A program made the translations under genes and the position numbers. The notes below the pieces were generated by a model. The model saw only the letters and a list, made by a program, of their open reading frames with translations. It was not told the DNA's origin and searched no databases. DNA of 64,000 nt from Candidatus Nomurabacteria bacterium. Lineage in GTDB: Bacteria > Patescibacteriota > Minisyncoccia > Phycocordibacterales > UBA918. Below, piece after piece: positions 10,191 to 19,532 of this stretch; position 1 is the first letter of the stretch, and each line of letters begins with the position of its first letter. The stretch is taken from the NCBI GenBank assembly GCA_020632075.1, contig JACKGH010000001.1, positions 42,133 to 106,132 on the forward strand. The letters are read 5' to 3'.

Positions 10191-11170
10191 TGAGCCCACA
10201 AGAAAGTTCTTCAGAATCTACATTACAGGCGAAAAACATTTCGCAGGTAGCGTGGGCTGAGTTGCGCAGTAAGCCGATCTTGTTTTATGGCGGCATTGCT
10301 GCTGCAATCACACTGGACATTTTGCTTTTTTCGGTCATGCTCGATCGAGATTGGGGCGATGCGATTGAGTCGCTTTTCCTACCCTGGCTGCCGCTTTTCT
10401 TGTGGTATGTACACACTGCAGCAAAAGCACGCAAACGCTTTTGGCAATTGGTCGCAGAGAAGAAAGGGTGGTCGTATGCCGAGACCGACGATGTGTCAGA
10501 TGAAGAGGCGCTGTTTTTAAATACTGGCCACTCACACTCAATCAGTAACATGATCTCAGGTACTGAAGACTCGATCCCGGTTCGTGCTTTTGAGAGTATG
10601 TATACAGTTGGTAGTGGCAAAAATAAGCAGACGTATACCTTTTCATGTTTTGCTTTTCGGTTTGAAGGATCGTTTCCACATTTGTATTTAAATCGTAATG
10701 ACAACCAGGTGTCATTCATTTCAAACCGTGAGTATCAGATTCCGCTGCCGGGAGAGTTTGGTGAGAAGTTTACGCTCTACGCACCAAAGGAATATGAGAT
10801 CGAAGCGTTGCAGATCTTCACGCCAGATCTTCTTGAGTACTTACTCCAAACCAATTGGCTAAGCGATATTGAGTTTGTAGACCATGAGTTTATTGTGTTT
10901 CGAAAAGGGTTTATTAGTTCGTATGATGAATTCACTACTGAGCTTGCTAGCGCAAGTAAGATTGCGTCGCGTTTTGCTGACACACTACAGCGCATGCAAT
11001 TCGCGCCGATCCCACACACCTCACACTTGCTTCGTGATGCGACCGATCGTCAAGCTCTTCGTGGCATGATTCATGCGTGGCCGAAATGGCTGTCGTTCGT
11101 GGTGGCAGCTGCGCTAGTTATCATGGTCATGTACTGGGCGTACCTGATGACTGAGCTGCTAGGTTTGTAG
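10190..11170 (+). CDS. Hypothetical membrane protein (326 aa).
   Basis: ATGA overlap with the dus stop. N- and C-terminal TM helices flank a soluble middle region. Confidence 0.5.
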   Translation: MSPQESSSESTLQAKNISQVAWAELRSKPILFYGGIAAAITLDILLFSVMLDRDWGDAIESLFLPWLPLFLWYVHTAAKARKRFWQLVAEKKGWSYAETDDVSDEEALFLNTGHSHSISNMISGTEDSIPVRAFESMYTVGSGKNKQTYTFSCFAFRFEGSFPHLYLNRNDNQVSFISNREYQIPLPGEFGEKFTLYAPKEYEIEALQIFTPDLLEYLLQTNWLSDIEFVDHEFIVFRKGFISSYDEFTTELASASKIASRFADTLQRMQFAPIPHTSHLLRDATDRQALRGMIHAWPKWLSFVVAAALVIMVMYWAYLMTELLGL

Positions 11171-11222
11171 ACTTTTGAACAGTCTACGGATGCAATCTCT
11201 TCTAGCGCTGATACACTAGATA

Positions 11223-11516
11223 GTGATGGACGAAGTATTACACGCAAACATCTTCTTTTTCATTGCTAGTTTTGCAACCGTGGTCTTCTGTGTGTTCACG
11301 TGCTTCATTCTCTTTCAGGTCTACAAGATCATGAAAAGTTTGCGAGCGATCATCGAGCGCATTGAGGCTGGGAGTGAAATGTTAGCAAACGATGTGGCTC
11401 ATGTCCGCGAGCTGGTGGCGAGCGGTGGCATCTGGTCGCGTGTTATACAATTTATTATGGGTTCACGGCGTGGCAGTGGCCGCAGGCGACGAAGCGCCAG
11501 CACAGATGAAGAGTAA
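11223..11516 (+). CDS. Small hypothetical membrane protein with an Arg-rich C-terminus.
   Basis: TM IFFFIASFATVVFCVFTCFILF followed by a GSRRGSGRRRRS tail. Confidence 0.35.
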   Translation: MMDEVLHANIFFFIASFATVVFCVFTCFILFQVYKIMKSLRAIIERIEAGSEMLANDVAHVRELVASGGIWSRVIQFIMGSRRGSGRRRRSASTDEE

Positions 11517-11530
11517 AGACTAATATTTTT

Positions 11531-11980
11531 ATGGCAAAAAAGAGTGCAAAGAAAGAAATGAGTTCAGCGCAGAAGATCAGCGTTGGTGTTGGTCTCACTG
11601 CAGCAGCAGTAGCAGCAGCCGGTGCATATTTTTTGTACGGCAGTAAGGATGCGCAGAAGAACCGGAAGGCTGTGAAGAGCTGGATGCTCAAGGCAAAGGC
11701 TGAAGTGCTGGAGAAGCTCGAAGACGCAAAAGAGATGTCGCAAGAGGAATATGAAGAATTGATTGCCAGTGTGGCTGGTGCGTACGCTGGTCTCAAGAGC
11801 GCTTCAAAGGTAGATGTCTCAGCGTTCAAGAAAGAAATGCTCGAGCACTGGAAGGCAATCGAACAAAGTGCAAAGCCAAAGAAAAAGGCTGCGAAGAAAG
11901 CAGTAAAGAAGGCTGCTAAAAAGGCTCCAGCAAAGAAGACTGCTAAGAAAGCTGCAAAGAAGACAGCTAAGAAGAAGTAA
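11531..11980 (+). CDS. Hypothetical protein with a histone H1-like Lys/Ala-rich C-terminal tail.
   Basis: C-terminal KPKKKAAKKAVKKAAKKAPAKKTAKKAAKKTAKKK. A strong terminator follows. Confidence 0.55.
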   Translation: MAKKSAKKEMSSAQKISVGVGLTAAAVAAAGAYFLYGSKDAQKNRKAVKSWMLKAKAEVLEKLEDAKEMSQEEYEELIASVAGAYAGLKSASKVDVSAFKKEMLEHWKAIEQSAKPKKKAAKKAVKKAAKKAPAKKTAKKAAKKTAKKK

Positions 11981-12001
11981 GTGCATTATGCACAGGGAAG
12001 T

Positions 12002-12035
12002 CGGCGCGGGCCCTTTGGGCCCGCGCCGATTTTGT
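12002..12035. terminator. Rho-independent terminator.
   Basis: cggcgcgggccc-ttt-gggcccgcgccg followed by ATTTTG. Confidence 0.8.
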
Positions 12036-12046
12036 ATCATAGTAGT

Positions 12047-12850
12047 ATGAAGCAATTGGTCGTAGCCTTGGTATTACTGTTGGTTTTGGTGCAGCTTTCT
12101 GGTACACCAAAGACAACTATCTCTGCGCCAGTATTGGCCGCGGAGCCATCACATTTGATCGTACATGCGCCAGCATCACTGCCGGTTACTGCCAAGGCGT
12201 ACGGCGTGTTTGATGTTGAGTCGGGGGAGTTGCTGCTGGCGTACAATGAAGAAGCTGAACTTCCGGTAGCCTCTGTCACCAAGCTCTTCACAGCTGCGGC
12301 GGCGCTTCGCGCCGCCGACACTCCACTCACGATCACTGCCGCTGATGTGGCCACCGAAGGTCGGGCGGGCAAATTGCATGCAGGGGACGAGTACTCAGTG
12401 CACGAGCTCCTCTTTCCACTTCTCTTAGAGTCTTCAAATGATGCAGCGACCGCACTTGAACGAGTGGTTGGTCCGGTAGTGGTTGCAGGTCGAGAGTTTG
12501 GCGACGCGGCCGGGCTTTCGTCACGCAATATTGCGAGTGTACATTCGCTCGTTACAGAAGTGCGTTCACTGTATCTCACTGAGCCTCATATTTTTGATAT
12601 TACCAAACTGTCGCAGAAGGTGGGTGAGTACACTGGTTGGATCAACAATTCTCCGGTGAGAGATTTGCCGGGCTACCAAGGCGGCAAGCATGGCTACACT
12701 GAAGCGGCTGGTCGTACCCTGACCGCGATCTTCAAAGAAGATTCACTCGGCGGACATGAACTCGGCTACATTATCCTTGGAAGCACTGATATCAAGCGTG
12801 ATCTCATTGCCTTGCGACAAGTGGTCGAGGACTCGGTAGAGTTGCAATAG
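12047..12850 (+). CDS. Secreted serine-type D-Ala-D-Ala carboxypeptidase-like protein (S11/PBP5-like).
   Basis: Signal peptide MKQLVVALVLLLVLVQLS, an SxxK motif in ASVTKLFTAAAAL, and an SxN-like motif in LLESSNDAA. Confidence 0.5.
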   Translation: MKQLVVALVLLLVLVQLSGTPKTTISAPVLAAEPSHLIVHAPASLPVTAKAYGVFDVESGELLLAYNEEAELPVASVTKLFTAAAALRAADTPLTITAADVATEGRAGKLHAGDEYSVHELLFPLLLESSNDAATALERVVGPVVVAGREFGDAAGLSSRNIASVHSLVTEVRSLYLTEPHIFDITKLSQKVGEYTGWINNSPVRDLPGYQGGKHGYTEAAGRTLTAIFKEDSLGGHELGYIILGSTDIKRDLIALRQVVEDSVELQ

Positions 12851-12870
12851 TTTGGTATACTCTAGCCACT

Positions 12871-13902
12871 ATGTCAGTTACCGGAGCCTTATACCGCAAG
12901 TATCGTCCGCAGACCTTTGCCGACGTGCGTGATCAAGATCATATTGTCACTGTTTTAGAAGGAGCGATCAAGAAAGGAGAGATCCCGCACGCTATTTTAT
13001 TCTCTGGTACCCGTGGTACCGGTAAGACGACGCTGGCGCGGATTTTCGCCAAGGCGATCGGTACAGCTGATCTCGATCTGTACGAGATCGACGCAGCGAG
13101 TAATCGTGGTATCGATGACGTGCGTGAACTTAAAGAAGCGGTACACACCATGCCATATGAGAGCGAGCACAAGGTATACATCATCGACGAGGTGCACATG
13201 CTCACTAAGGAAGCCTTCAATGCGCTCCTCAAGACCCTCGAAGAGCCACCAGCACACGTGGTGTTTATCCTCGCGACCACCGAAGAAGAAAAGCTGCTCG
13301 ATACCATTCTGTCTCGCTGTCAGGTATTCCGCATGCACTCACCAAGTCGCGCAGTGCTTGCTGAGACAGTCACTGATATCGCGAAGCAAGAAGGGTTCGA
13401 CTTGCAGCCTGACGCAGCAGACCTAATCGCCGTGGCAGCGAATGGCTCTTTCCGTGATGCTCTTGGTGTAACTCAGAAGGTGATCATGGCGTCTGGTGAT
13501 AAGATCGGTAGTGCGGACGAAGTCGCAGCGATCATTGGTGCACCAAAGACGGCGACCATGCAGCAGCTTCTTAAAGGCCTTCATGAGAAGAGTCGTGAAG
13601 ACGCGCTTGGTGCTGTGCAGCTTGCGGTGGAGAGTGGGGTAGATATGAAGCTGTTTGCACGACTCCTCCTAGAGCATGTACGGGCCGTAATGCTTTTGCG
13701 CAATCTTCCTGGCAAGAAAGAGCAGATCCTTGGTGCCTTTGGGACTGAGACACAGAAGCAGCTGGAGGAGTATGCGAGCGGCGCCTCACCGCTCAATTCG
13801 CACTTGTTGCTGAAACTGCTTGAGGCTACCGAGCTCGTGGCTCGCTCACCGATCCCGCAGGCGCCGCTCGAGATCGCCATTATCGAGGTAACTGAAGGCT
13901 AG
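12871..13902 (+). CDS. dnaX: DNA polymerase III subunit gamma/tau (short form).
   Basis: YRPQTFADV, a Walker A FSGTRGTGKTTLARIFAKA, a Walker B YIIDEVHML, and sensor motifs. Confidence 0.8.
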   Translation: MSVTGALYRKYRPQTFADVRDQDHIVTVLEGAIKKGEIPHAILFSGTRGTGKTTLARIFAKAIGTADLDLYEIDAASNRGIDDVRELKEAVHTMPYESEHKVYIIDEVHMLTKEAFNALLKTLEEPPAHVVFILATTEEEKLLDTILSRCQVFRMHSPSRAVLAETVTDIAKQEGFDLQPDAADLIAVAANGSFRDALGVTQKVIMASGDKIGSADEVAAIIGAPKTATMQQLLKGLHEKSREDALGAVQLAVESGVDMKLFARLLLEHVRAVMLLRNLPGKKEQILGAFGTETQKQLEEYASGASPLNSHLLLKLLEATELVARSPIPQAPLEIAIIEVTEG

Positions 13903-13903
13903 T

Positions 13904-14518
13904 ATGGAGATCTACTTAGTACGACACGGACAGACCGATGGTAATTTGCAGCGGCGGCACCAGGTAGAGCATTCAGTGCTCACCAAGCTTGGTAAAGAAC
14001 AAGCTGAGGAAGCAGGTAAAGAACTGAAGAAGTTTAAACCGACTCACTTGGTGGCGAGTTCGCTCGTGCGCGCGATCGAGACAGCACGAATCATTGGTGA
14101 AGAGTGTGATCTTACACCCGAGATCTCTTCACACTTCATTGAGATCGCGCGCCCGAAAGAAATGTACGGCCGACATCACTTCAGTCTTTCATCACTCTGG
14201 TTCTATTTCTGGTGGTACTTTGGGAGCAAGCATGGCACCAACAATGGTGGCGAGTCATACAAGCAGTTTCGTCAGCGCTTTACCGCTGCACAAGAATACC
14301 TGGCAGCACTGCCGGAGGATTCGCGCGTGGTGGTGGTAAGTCACGGTGTGTTTATTACTTTTTTCACGATCCACATCTGTAACAAGAAGTGGATGGGTCC
14401 GCTGCGAGCGCTCAAAGTATACGCAGATATATTGTCGATCAAGAATGGATCGATCACTAAAGTTGTATACGACACCAAGGCCAAAAAAAGGGAATGTGCC
14501 TGGTCTGTTGTAAAGTGA
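13904..14518 (+). CDS. Histidine phosphatase (phosphoglycerate mutase family).
   Basis: IYLVRHGQTDGN RHG catalytic motif with an SHG later on. Confidence 0.7.
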   Translation: MEIYLVRHGQTDGNLQRRHQVEHSVLTKLGKEQAEEAGKELKKFKPTHLVASSLVRAIETARIIGEECDLTPEISSHFIEIARPKEMYGRHHFSLSSLWFYFWWYFGSKHGTNNGGESYKQFRQRFTAAQEYLAALPEDSRVVVVSHGVFITFFTIHICNKKWMGPLRALKVYADILSIKNGSITKVVYDTKAKKRECAWSVVK

Positions 14519-14556
14519 CTTGAATCTTCTCAAAATTCTGGCAGTATAGTGCAACT

Positions 14557-14585
14557 GGCGCGGAATTGCTCCGCAATTCCGCGCC
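14557..14585. terminator. Perfect 13-bp inverted repeat after the phosphatase gene.
   Basis: ggcgcggaattgc-tcc-gcaattccgcgcc. Confidence 0.5.
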
Positions 14586-14655
14586 CACAAATCACCGCAT
14601 GGTGACACATTGCCCGAATAGAAACCTACAGATCGATCGGGCGATAGAAATATTT

Positions 14656-14726
14656 TGCCCGATCGTCTAGTGGTAGGACGTTGGTTTCTGGCACCAAAAA
14701 CTGGGGTTCGAATCCCTGTCGGGCAG
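14656..14726 (+). tRNA. tRNA-Gln (anticodon CUG).
   Basis: The acceptor stem tgcccga pairs with tcgggca. A D-loop AGTGGTAG is present. The anticodon stem-loop is ttggt-ttCTGgc-accaa, and the T-arm carries GGTTCGAATCC. No encoded CCA. Confidence 0.75.
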
Positions 14727-14886
14727 CGAGCATGTGAGACAGACCGAGGTCTCAAAATGAGCTATGTTTATCAAGCTCATGAGAGAACCAGTCATGGACA
14801 CGAACCGCCAAAAACGGTTCGAGTCCAAGGTCTAAAATCACGATTCATCTATTCCGTAATTGCATACCTGCTGAGAGCAGTAGCCA

Positions 14887-14914
14887 GAATGAAAAACCAC
14901 CCGTATGGGTGGTT
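14887..14914. terminator. Bidirectional terminator.
   Basis: aaaaaccaccc-gtat-gggtggttttt perfect stem. Confidence 0.7.
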
Positions 14915-14924
14915 TTTCATTGGG

Positions 14925-15410
14925 TTAGATTTTGTCTGCTAGATGTTTCTGTACCCGCTTATACTCATGCCACGTTAACCAAATGATGAGCAAATCAAAG
15001 AGTGTCAACAAGATGAGGAAGAATGAATGGGTGTATGTATAGCGATATATCTGATACACGATAAAAAGTGCAAAAACTACAATAGCAACTGGATACGCCC
15101 ACAGCTTGCCACGCAAGAGTCCGACAGACAGAAATATCTTGATAATGCCATGACTGAGAAGATATACAGCTGCAAAAAGCTGTGTGTGCTCAGAGAGATA
15201 CGGGATGTACTGCTGGACAGTATTGGCGACGAAGTCTGTTGGGTCTTCAATCAATTCACCTTTCGCTAGATACTCTATGAAGTGTGTGGTGGCACCAGTA
15301 AATAACAGAAGGGTTCCACCAACAATCTCTAGCGCAGCATTGAGTGCTTTGAACACGATGCCAGCTACAAATATGCGGTGCATGTTTTTCTCTTCGGTTA
15401 TTGTAGCCAT
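14925..15410 (-). CDS. Hypothetical membrane protein (161 aa, about 4 TM).
   Basis: Hydrophobic helices; no motif recognised. Confidence 0.45.
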   Translation of the reverse strand: MATITEEKNMHRIFVAGIVFKALNAALEIVGGTLLLFTGATTHFIEYLAKGELIEDPTDFVANTVQQYIPYLSEHTQLFAAVYLLSHGIIKIFLSVGLLRGKLWAYPVAIVVFALFIVYQIYRYTYTHSFFLILLTLFDLLIIWLTWHEYKRVQKHLADKI

Positions 15411-15880
15411 GGCAAAGAAATACTTTTAAGTTTCTGGTCACAGAGATAATACGCACCAGAAATTGCCACTAGGACAATGACAGTACTACCAACGACATCA
15501 GTGAGATGATGTATACCTACGTAAACGCGCGACAATCCGACCATAATCGCTAGAACAAGGAGTAGGTATGCAATCTTCTTGGTATGAGGGTACACCAATG
15601 CAGCGACGTACATGGTGAGAAGCGTATGGTCTGACGGAAAACCGTTGTCAGGATCGTGAGGTACTAGTGGGGTGAAATTACCGACTACAAACGGTCGAGG
15701 GTCGTAGTAGAAGTGGGAAGTAATTTGTGTGATTATGAGGATGAGTGGCAAAGCAATCACTGACGTGATAATCATTTGTCTCTTTATCTCTTTCGAAACA
15801 TACAGGAAATATCCACTAACAATAGCGAGACTTATAAGGAACAAATACTTCGCCCCAAAAATAAAAACAATGTCTAACAT
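15398..15880 (-). CDS. PAP2-family phosphatase (undecaprenyl-diphosphatase or phosphatidate phosphatase-like).
   Basis: PAP2 motifs PSDHT...SRVYVGIHHLTDV in a multi-TM protein. Confidence 0.65.
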   Translation of the reverse strand: MLDIVFIFGAKYLFLISLAIVSGYFLYVSKEIKRQMIITSVIALPLILIITQITSHFYYDPRPFVVGNFTPLVPHDPDNGFPSDHTLLTMYVAALVYPHTKKIAYLLLVLAIMVGLSRVYVGIHHLTDVVGSTVIVLVAISGAYYLCDQKLKSISLPWLQ

Positions 15881-15946
15881 AAGTTACTAGTATAAACGAC
15901 ATTCCCACTTTAGCTAAAGTGGGAATGTCGTCCAAGTGGGCAATGC

Positions 15947-16678
15947 TTATACGAGGTCTTTCTTCTTCGATTCAAATTCTTCCTTGTCGATCTCGCCTTT
16001 AGCGTAGCGTTCTTTGAGGATATCGATAGCACTTGTGTTTGTTGTTGCGGTGTGATGCATTCCGCCTCGATGCATCGCCATACGTACCAAAGCTACAACG
16101 CTTACGATCAGTAAGAGCCAGAACAGTCCCATCACAAGACCGCCGCCAAGCCACCCAGTTCCACCGAATCCATTAAATCCATAGCCCATCATATTGTTGT
16201 GATAGTTAGACCTTGTAATGTCGGGTTGGTACCCGTAGGTACCCATCATGCCATGGCCTCCGCCGTATCCCATCATGGGCATTGCGATTGGTCCAGAGTT
16301 ATAGTTTGACCAACAGCCGAGATATGAGCGGCCCATGTTGATGTGTGCTTGGCGCAAACTGGCTGAACCCTCGCCGCCCATCATATTGTCCATAGCCTCG
16401 TGTTGTGCAGTGCTCGCAAACATGGTGCCCATGTAGGCATCGCCCAGTTTCTCAAATTGATCGTCTGTGACCTTACTGCAGTCCACCTTCGACTGGTCAG
16501 AAATATTTTGTGTGCTGAGAATTGCAGATAATGTATCCCGGAGTTCCTGACTCGTATTACTGTTCGTTTGAGTTGTCCCCCAAGTACCACCCATCATGCC
16601 CATCTGTGCGTGAGTGACATTGACAACGCCGAGGGTAAGTGCGAAGACAGCCACCAGCGTAATAATTAATTGTTTCAT
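15947..16678 (-). CDS. Secreted or membrane Met/Gly-rich protein with a C-terminal SHOCT-like domain; putative metal (Cu) binding.
   Basis: Signal peptide, multiple MMG/MGY/GYG runs, a TM WLLLIVSVVALV, and a C-terminal AIDILKERYAKGEIDKEEFESKKKDL. Confidence 0.55.
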   Translation of the reverse strand: MKQLIITLVAVFALTLGVVNVTHAQMGMMGGTWGTTQTNSNTSQELRDTLSAILSTQNISDQSKVDCSKVTDDQFEKLGDAYMGTMFASTAQHEAMDNMMGGEGSASLRQAHINMGRSYLGCWSNYNSGPIAMPMMGYGGGHGMMGTYGYQPDITRSNYHNNMMGYGFNGFGGTGWLGGGLVMGLFWLLLIVSVVALVRMAMHRGGMHHTATTNTSAIDILKERYAKGEIDKEEFESKKKDLV

Positions 16679-16721
16679 AGAATAAAGATTAAGTATTTAT
16701 AACAGTGGTGGTGTTGACCTG

Positions 16722-16739
16722 ATACCCCCTAGGGGGTAT
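16722..16739. promoter_or_regulatory. CsoR-type operator: perfect 18-bp palindrome overlapping the putative csoR-copA promoter.
   Basis: ATACCCCCTAGGGGGTAT. It matches known CsoR operators such as B. subtilis copZA ATACCCTACGGGGGTAT. A TTGACC -35 lies directly upstream and TATTGT downstream. Confidence 0.7.
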
Positions 16740-16748
16740 TGTACGCTT

Positions 16749-17018
16749 ATGAAAGAATCAGTCAAGAAAGGAGTAGTGCGGCGGCTTAAGATCGCTGAAG
16801 GTCAGGTGCGTGGTCTTCAAAAGATGGTTGACGAAGATGCATACTGTATCGACATTATCACCCAAGCGTCGGCCGTTCGACACCTACTCAGTGCTGTGGA
16901 GGATCTGATGCTCGAAAATCACCTCGGGGAACATGTGGTCCACCAAATGCAAAAGGGGCAAGACAAAAAAGCTACTGAGGAGATCATGAAAGTATTTAAG
17001 GTAGGTAAAAAAAGATAG
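16749..17018 (+). CDS. csoR: CsoR/RcnR-family metal-sensing repressor.
   Basis: RLKIAEGQVRGLQKMVDEDAYCIDIITQASAV...H...H is the CsoR fold signature with Cys/His ligands. Confidence 0.75.
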   Translation: MKESVKKGVVRRLKIAEGQVRGLQKMVDEDAYCIDIITQASAVRHLLSAVEDLMLENHLGEHVVHQMQKGQDKKATEEIMKVFKVGKKR

Positions 17019-17020
17019 GT

Positions 17021-19057
17021 ATGGATCACTCTCATCACAACCACGAACATCATCACTGTCATAACCATGAACCTACACATCATGGGCATGGTGATCACAG
17101 CATGGGTCACGGTTCGGCTCAGACATTCTTACGTCGCTTCTGGATCGTTACCTTTCTCCTCATACCACTCGTGTTTGCCAACGAGATGGTCATGCATGCG
17201 TTTGGATTTCAAGCGTATACACTAAGTAAATGGATCGGTTTTGGCATTGCTACGGTTATCTTTGGGTTTGCACTTATATTCTTTCAGCATGCGCTACACG
17301 AAATAAAAGCTCGCAAGTACGGCATGATGACACTCGTCTCGCTAGCGGTTGGAGCGGGGTATCTTTTCTCTGTAGCCGCCACTTTTATCCCATCGCTTCA
17401 TGCTGACTTCTATCTTGAAATCTCGACTTTAATCTGGGTGCTTCTCTTTGGACACTATCTTGAAGCAAAGTCTGGAGCGGTGGCCGGTAATGCGCTTCAA
17501 GAAGTAGCTAAGTTGTTACCAAAACAAGCACATAAATTATTTAACGGGGTCGAGGAAGATGTAGATATTACTGAGCTTAATGAGAACGACCAAGTACTCG
17601 TTAAACCCGGTGAGAAGATTCCGGCTGACGGAACGATTGTCTCTGGTTCAGCCAACGTTGATGAAGCACTCATTAGCGGTGAATCGAAACCAGTCCATAA
17701 AGGTGTGGGAGACGAAGTTGTGGCCGGTTCTATCTGTCTTGATGGTTCGCTGGCCGTCAAGCTCTCTCGGGTCGGTGAGCACTCAACCATCGGACAAATT
17801 CAAAAACTGATCGCAGAAGCACAACAGACAAAACCAAATTCACAACGAATCGCCGATAAAGCGGCTGCGGTACTCACATTTGTTGCTGGTATCACTGCAC
17901 TTCTCACCATCCTCGTGTGGTCGCTACTACTTGGTGAAACCTTTACTTTTGCCATCACACTCGCCATCACAGTGCTCGTTATTGCCTGTCCTCATGCACT
18001 CGGGCTTGCTATCCCTACCGTCACCACCATTACCACCTCGCTCGCAGTCAAAAACGGCTTCTTTATCAAGAATCTCGCTAAAATTGAAGTCATCAGAAAA
18101 ACAGACTACGTGGTGTTTGATAAGACCGGCACACTCACCACTGGAGTCTTTGGTGTGACTGACATTGTTCCATTTGGTGGAAAAACAAAAGATCAGATAC
18201 TCAAAATTGCCGCGTCTCTTGAACAGCACTCATCTCACATTATTGGTCAGTCGATCGTTGCATATGCCAGAGAGGAGCGTATTAGGTTTGAGGAAATTGC
18301 GGAGTTTAAAAATATTGCTGGGAAAGGCATTAAGGCCAAATTGAATAGTCAGCTCTACATTGTCGGAAACAAGACGATCATTGAGGACACTAAGATTCCA
18401 CTCGGTGAAGTTGGAAATGAATACACAAAATTAGCTTCCAAAGGAAAAACCACCATCTTTGTTGCGGACGGAGAAAGCGTTGTTGGTCTGATTGCTCTAT
18501 CGGACACTATAAAACCAGAATCGTACAAGACAGTTAGAAAACTTCACGATATGGATGTGAAAGTGGCTATGCTCACGGGCGACAACAAGGAAGTAGCTAA
18601 GGGTGTGGCAGAGGAACTTGGTATCGACACTTTCTTTGCTGAGGTACTACCAGAAGACAAGTACTCACACATCAAATCACTACAAGCCGATGGCAATGTG
18701 GTTTTGATGGTTGGTGATGGGGTAAATGATGCTCCGGCCCTCACTCAAGCCGATGCTGGCATTGCAATCGGAGCTGGTACTGATGTGGCGGTTGAAGCTG
18801 GTGACGTAGTACTGACACAGAGCAATCCTGAAGACATCGTGAAGCTTATTACGCTCTCTAAAAGGGTCTATGGCAAGATGATTCAGAATCTTGTTTGGGC
18901 ACTTGGATACAACATCATTGCAATTCCAGCTGCTGCGGGTATGTTCGCATACTGGGGCTTTTTTCTTCGACCAGAGATCGGGGCGTTTGTCATGAGTCTC
19001 TCAACGGTTATTGTGGTTGCTAATGCTATGCTCCTCAAACGGGTTAATTTACGCTAA
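17021..19057 (+). CDS. copA: Copper-translocating P1B-type ATPase with a His-rich N-terminal metal-binding tail.
   Basis: CPH (IACPHALGLA), DKTGTLT, GDGVNDAP and TGES motifs, plus an N-terminal HSHHNHEHHHCHNHEPTHHGHGDH. Confidence 0.9.
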   Translation: MDHSHHNHEHHHCHNHEPTHHGHGDHSMGHGSAQTFLRRFWIVTFLLIPLVFANEMVMHAFGFQAYTLSKWIGFGIATVIFGFALIFFQHALHEIKARKYGMMTLVSLAVGAGYLFSVAATFIPSLHADFYLEISTLIWVLLFGHYLEAKSGAVAGNALQEVAKLLPKQAHKLFNGVEEDVDITELNENDQVLVKPGEKIPADGTIVSGSANVDEALISGESKPVHKGVGDEVVAGSICLDGSLAVKLSRVGEHSTIGQIQKLIAEAQQTKPNSQRIADKAAAVLTFVAGITALLTILVWSLLLGETFTFAITLAITVLVIACPHALGLAIPTVTTITTSLAVKNGFFIKNLAKIEVIRKTDYVVFDKTGTLTTGVFGVTDIVPFGGKTKDQILKIAASLEQHSSHIIGQSIVAYAREERIRFEEIAEFKNIAGKGIKAKLNSQLYIVGNKTIIEDTKIPLGEVGNEYTKLASKGKTTIFVADGESVVGLIALSDTIKPESYKTVRKLHDMDVKVAMLTGDNKEVAKGVAEELGIDTFFAEVLPEDKYSHIKSLQADGNVVLMVGDGVNDAPALTQADAGIAIGAGTDVAVEAGDVVLTQSNPEDIVKLITLSKRVYGKMIQNLVWALGYNIIAIPAAAGMFAYWGFFLRPEIGAFVMSLSTVIVVANAMLLKRVNLR

Positions 19058-19066
19058 AATAATCAC

Positions 19067-19486
19067 ATGAAATTTGGAAGACTGTGGAAGTTACATAAAG
19101 CCATCTGGGTAGTCATTACCGCTATGTTTGTATCTGTGCTCTTTCTCAGTCTCTTTCAGATGCCGATGGGTATGGATATGACCACGGGCGCTTCGGGGTG
19201 TCCTTTTATGTCTCACGGTGAGGAGGTCTTGTGTTCCATGAACACACTTGAACATCTGTCTGCCTGGCAGTCTGCTTTTACTGCTATCGTCCCTACCTTT
19301 GGTCTTTTAACACTTACGGTAGTGAGTATTTTGTTGCTGGCTTCAGTCGCCCCCAATCTACTTTCCACACCTCGCTTCAGTGAGCCATCATCGCCACGAT
19401 ATCTACGCGAGCAGATATACACCTTTAGCTACCGGCCGCTCCAAGAACTGTTTTCAAGCGGCATCCTACACCCGAAGCTTTTCTAG
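19067..19486 (+). CDS. Hypothetical membrane protein in the cop operon.
   Basis: Follows copA by 10 nt, carries 2-3 TM helices and a CPFMSH motif. A terminator hairpin follows at 19497-19525. Confidence 0.45.
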   Translation: MKFGRLWKLHKAIWVVITAMFVSVLFLSLFQMPMGMDMTTGASGCPFMSHGEEVLCSMNTLEHLSAWQSAFTAIVPTFGLLTLTVVSILLLASVAPNLLSTPRFSEPSSPRYLREQIYTFSYRPLQELFSSGILHPKLF

Positions 19487-19532
19487 TTAACTAATTCCAA
19501 CAACAGGCCTTTTTCTGTTGTTTTATTAGTTA

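Noticed and set aside
14780-14850. Possible second tRNA or tRNA fragment (GGTTCGAGTCC-like string)
   Set aside because: The surrounding sequence does not form acceptor, D or anticodon arms. Only a simple hairpin (cgaacc-N9-ggttcg) is present.
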